From: a virus
Reading direction: 5' to 3' (one strand)
IMG/VR virus record: IMGVR_UViG_3300045988_120652
DNA length: 64,000 bases
Below the pieces are notes generated by a model. The model made no database searches, was not told where the DNA came from, and saw nothing but the letters and a program-made list of their open reading frames with translations. A program made the position numbers and the translations under genes. How positions within the stretch are numbered: position 1 is the first letter of the stretch; every line of letters begins with the position of its first letter. Of this stretch, positions 62,602 to 64,000 are shown piece after piece.

Positions 62602-63231
62602 ATGATTCTACAATTAACAAAACAGAGTACAGCCCAAGAAATAAAGGCGTACTTTGAAGAAGTATTAAAATTGTCGAAAGACAGCAAGGAATTTTCGGTT
62701 AATCTGGATGATGTGTGGCCGTTGGTGTATTCGGCTAAAGAAAAAGCGGTCAGAGCTTTAAAATCTAACGATTTGTTTCTGCAAAACGTTGATTATCAAG
62801 TTTTAGCCCAAAATGGCGAAAACTCTGGAGTTTTAGCCCAAAACGGGGGAAAAGTCAGAGATGGTCGCCCGACAGAGATTTACATGCTTTCCGTCCCCTG
62901 CCTTGAGTTCTTCATCGCCCGTAAGGTTCGCCCAGTGTTCGAGGTCTACCGTCAGGTATTCCATAAGGTGGCAAGTGGTGAGATTATTCATCCGGTACCT
63001 GTATACTCTAAGCCTTGCGACCTGGAAACTACCCTCTTGCCATTGCGAGACTACACAAATGAGATTTATCAGCGTTGGAAGCGGCTCTTCAACCTCTCAA
63101 ATAATAGCGACCGAGTAAAAAAAGAATATGATAACTGGATTGATACATATGAGAACCTCTGTTATTACACCTCGCAGATGATATATCTGGAGACGATGGA
63201 GAAGCTGGAGGGAAATCATTTTATAAAATAG
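62602..63231 (+). CDS. Phage antirepressor-like protein (Ant/KilAC-like; tentative)
   Basis: DDVWPLVYSAKEKAVRALKSN...GRPTEIYMLSVPCLEFFIARKVRPVFEVYRQVFHKV resembles phage antirepressor domains. There is an internal duplication VLAQNGENSGVLAQNGGKV. Confidence 0.4.
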   Translation: MILQLTKQSTAQEIKAYFEEVLKLSKDSKEFSVNLDDVWPLVYSAKEKAVRALKSNDLFLQNVDYQVLAQNGENSGVLAQNGGKVRDGRPTEIYMLSVPCLEFFIARKVRPVFEVYRQVFHKVASGEIIHPVPVYSKPCDLETTLLPLRDYTNEIYQRWKRLFNLSNNSDRVKKEYDNWIDTYENLCYYTSQMIYLETMEKLEGNHFIK

Positions 63232-63265
63232 AGAAGTATTTACGAACAAATAAGAATAAACAACA

Positions 63266-63445
63266 ATGGAAAAGACAGTTATAACAATCGACATGGACAA
63301 AGCAAGCCTCCGTGAGGCAATGACACGCATCATCGAGTACATCACTCTTACACCTCCCGATCCCGACGAGTTCGGCAGCAAGGAGCGTATAGAGTACAAC
63401 TTAGGACTGGACGCATTATTCACCTGTTTGCGCCAAACTTACTAA
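63266..63445 (+). CDS. Small hypothetical protein (59 aa, below the ORF-track cutoff)
   Basis: MEKTVITIDMDKASLREAMTRIIEYITLTPPDPDEFGSKERIEYNLGLDALFTCLRQTY*. Confidence 0.4.
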   Translation: MEKTVITIDMDKASLREAMTRIIEYITLTPPDPDEFGSKERIEYNLGLDALFTCLRQTY

Positions 63446-63510
63446 AAAGACGGCATGATATAACATCATACGTATTAATCAAATCATTAACTAACAAAAA
63501 TTCAGAATTT

Positions 63511-63846
63511 ATGAACAAAGAGAAATCTGACAAGCTTAAGAAGCTGATCAATGACTTTCGCGCCGACTTTCAGAAGTTGACGGAAGGAGAGAAAGGCTTC
63601 GGCCTTGTGCTTGTACATCACAACGAAATAGAGCCGGCGGAAGAAGACGGCAACGTTGCCGTAGCCACTTTTGTTGCAGGCGAGAAAAGCGACGTATTGT
63701 ATTCTTTGCATGCGCTTGACAAAAAGACGGATCTGATAAGTGATTACGCCAGACTGCGTGCATCAATAGCCTTAGACAAATTCAAGGAGTTGCTGTTAGG
63801 CGACTCCGAGAAGAAGGACGGCGAGAGCAACAAGCTCGCTAACTAA
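63511..63846 (+). CDS. Hypothetical early protein
   Basis: 111-aa ORF. Confidence 0.45.
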   Translation: MNKEKSDKLKKLINDFRADFQKLTEGEKGFGLVLVHHNEIEPAEEDGNVAVATFVAGEKSDVLYSLHALDKKTDLISDYARLRASIALDKFKELLLGDSEKKDGESNKLAN

Positions 63847-63855
63847 CACACTCCA

Positions 63856-63905
63856 TCCCGCGCCCGGCAAGGCCCTTTGCGAAGGTTCGACTCCTTCGGT
63901 GGGAT
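63856..63905 (+). ncRNA. tRNA-like minihelix copy 3
   Basis: Acceptor-like stem TCCCGC/GTGGGA (one G-T pair). Perfect T-arm GAAGG-TTCGACT-CCTTC (63881-63897). About 36 nt downstream lies a terminator of the same hairpin family. Confidence 0.4.
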
Positions 63906-63941
63906 CTTATAATCATAATCAAAGTATTTTTTTTGTTTCAG

Positions 63942-63978
63942 GCTGCTGGCGGTCCGCGAGGATAGCGAGCAGCTTTTT
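63942..63978 (+). terminator. Intrinsic terminator (GTCC-GCGA-GGAT hairpin family)
   Basis: GCTGCTGGCGGTCC-GCGA-GGATAGCGAGCAGC followed by TTTTT. Confidence 0.7.
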
Positions 63979-64000
63979 GAATTTTGAATTAGGAATGTTG

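Noticed and set aside
61189-63905. Canonical tRNA genes at the three GGTTCGAnTCC sites
   Set aside because: Only the T-arm and an acceptor-like stem are present. There are about 17-19 nt where the D arm, anticodon arm and variable loop (about 40 nt) should be. The inner loops lack the U33 and purine-37 anticodon-loop features.
1-64000. Prophage boundaries or attachment sites, integrase and terminase
   Set aside because: No integrase-like or terminase-like motifs (tyrosine or serine recombinase signatures, a terminase Walker A) were recognised in any ORF. The window begins and ends inside phage sequence, so boundaries cannot be called.

Overview
The window looks like most of a large tailed phage or prophage (at least 64 kb), almost all on the + strand. 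The host is probably Bacteroidota: many genes are preceded by the Bacteroidetes -7 promoter element TAnnTTTG, there are no Shine-Dalgarno sites, and starts sit in a RAATATG context. Layout: tape measure gene (8-5854); an 877-bp AT-rich ORF-free repeat region (possible origin); replication and nucleotide-metabolism genes (AEP-primase-like, guanylate-kinase-like, ThyX-like, MazG); a head module (S49 protease-scaffold, capsid); a LysR moron; small unknown genes. At 22.7-27.7 kb there is an unusual cytosine-5 DNA methyltransferase locus. Then come HU-like, SPFH and N6/N4-MTase genes; a late module with large tail, baseplate and fibre proteins; a diversity-generating retroelement (DGR: VR at the 3' end of an 899-aa fibre gene, TR, RT); a lysis cassette; a regulatory/moron region with three minus-strand XRE-HTH genes and HicAB; and an early region of small genes. 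No terminase, integrase, rRNA, canonical tRNA or CRISPR array was recognised. Main leads: (1) a C5-MTase core in permuted order (motifs IX-X before I-VIII), interrupted at a C8 tract and surrounded by 16 free-standing TRD-like mini-ORFs joined by a stereotyped stop/start overlap, several carrying G homopolymers; (2) a DGR with 18 adenine-specific TR/VR differences, an atypical RT (YADN, no SQ motif) and no recognisable Avd; (3) three copies of a ~50-nt tRNA-like acceptor/T-arm minihelix with a compensatory base-pair change; (4) arrays of exactly 10-bp-phased decamers in front of three consecutive late genes; (5) a candidate -1 frameshift site (A7 plus spacer plus hairpin). All calls come from reading the sequence and ORF translations by eye. 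No database search or computation was run.
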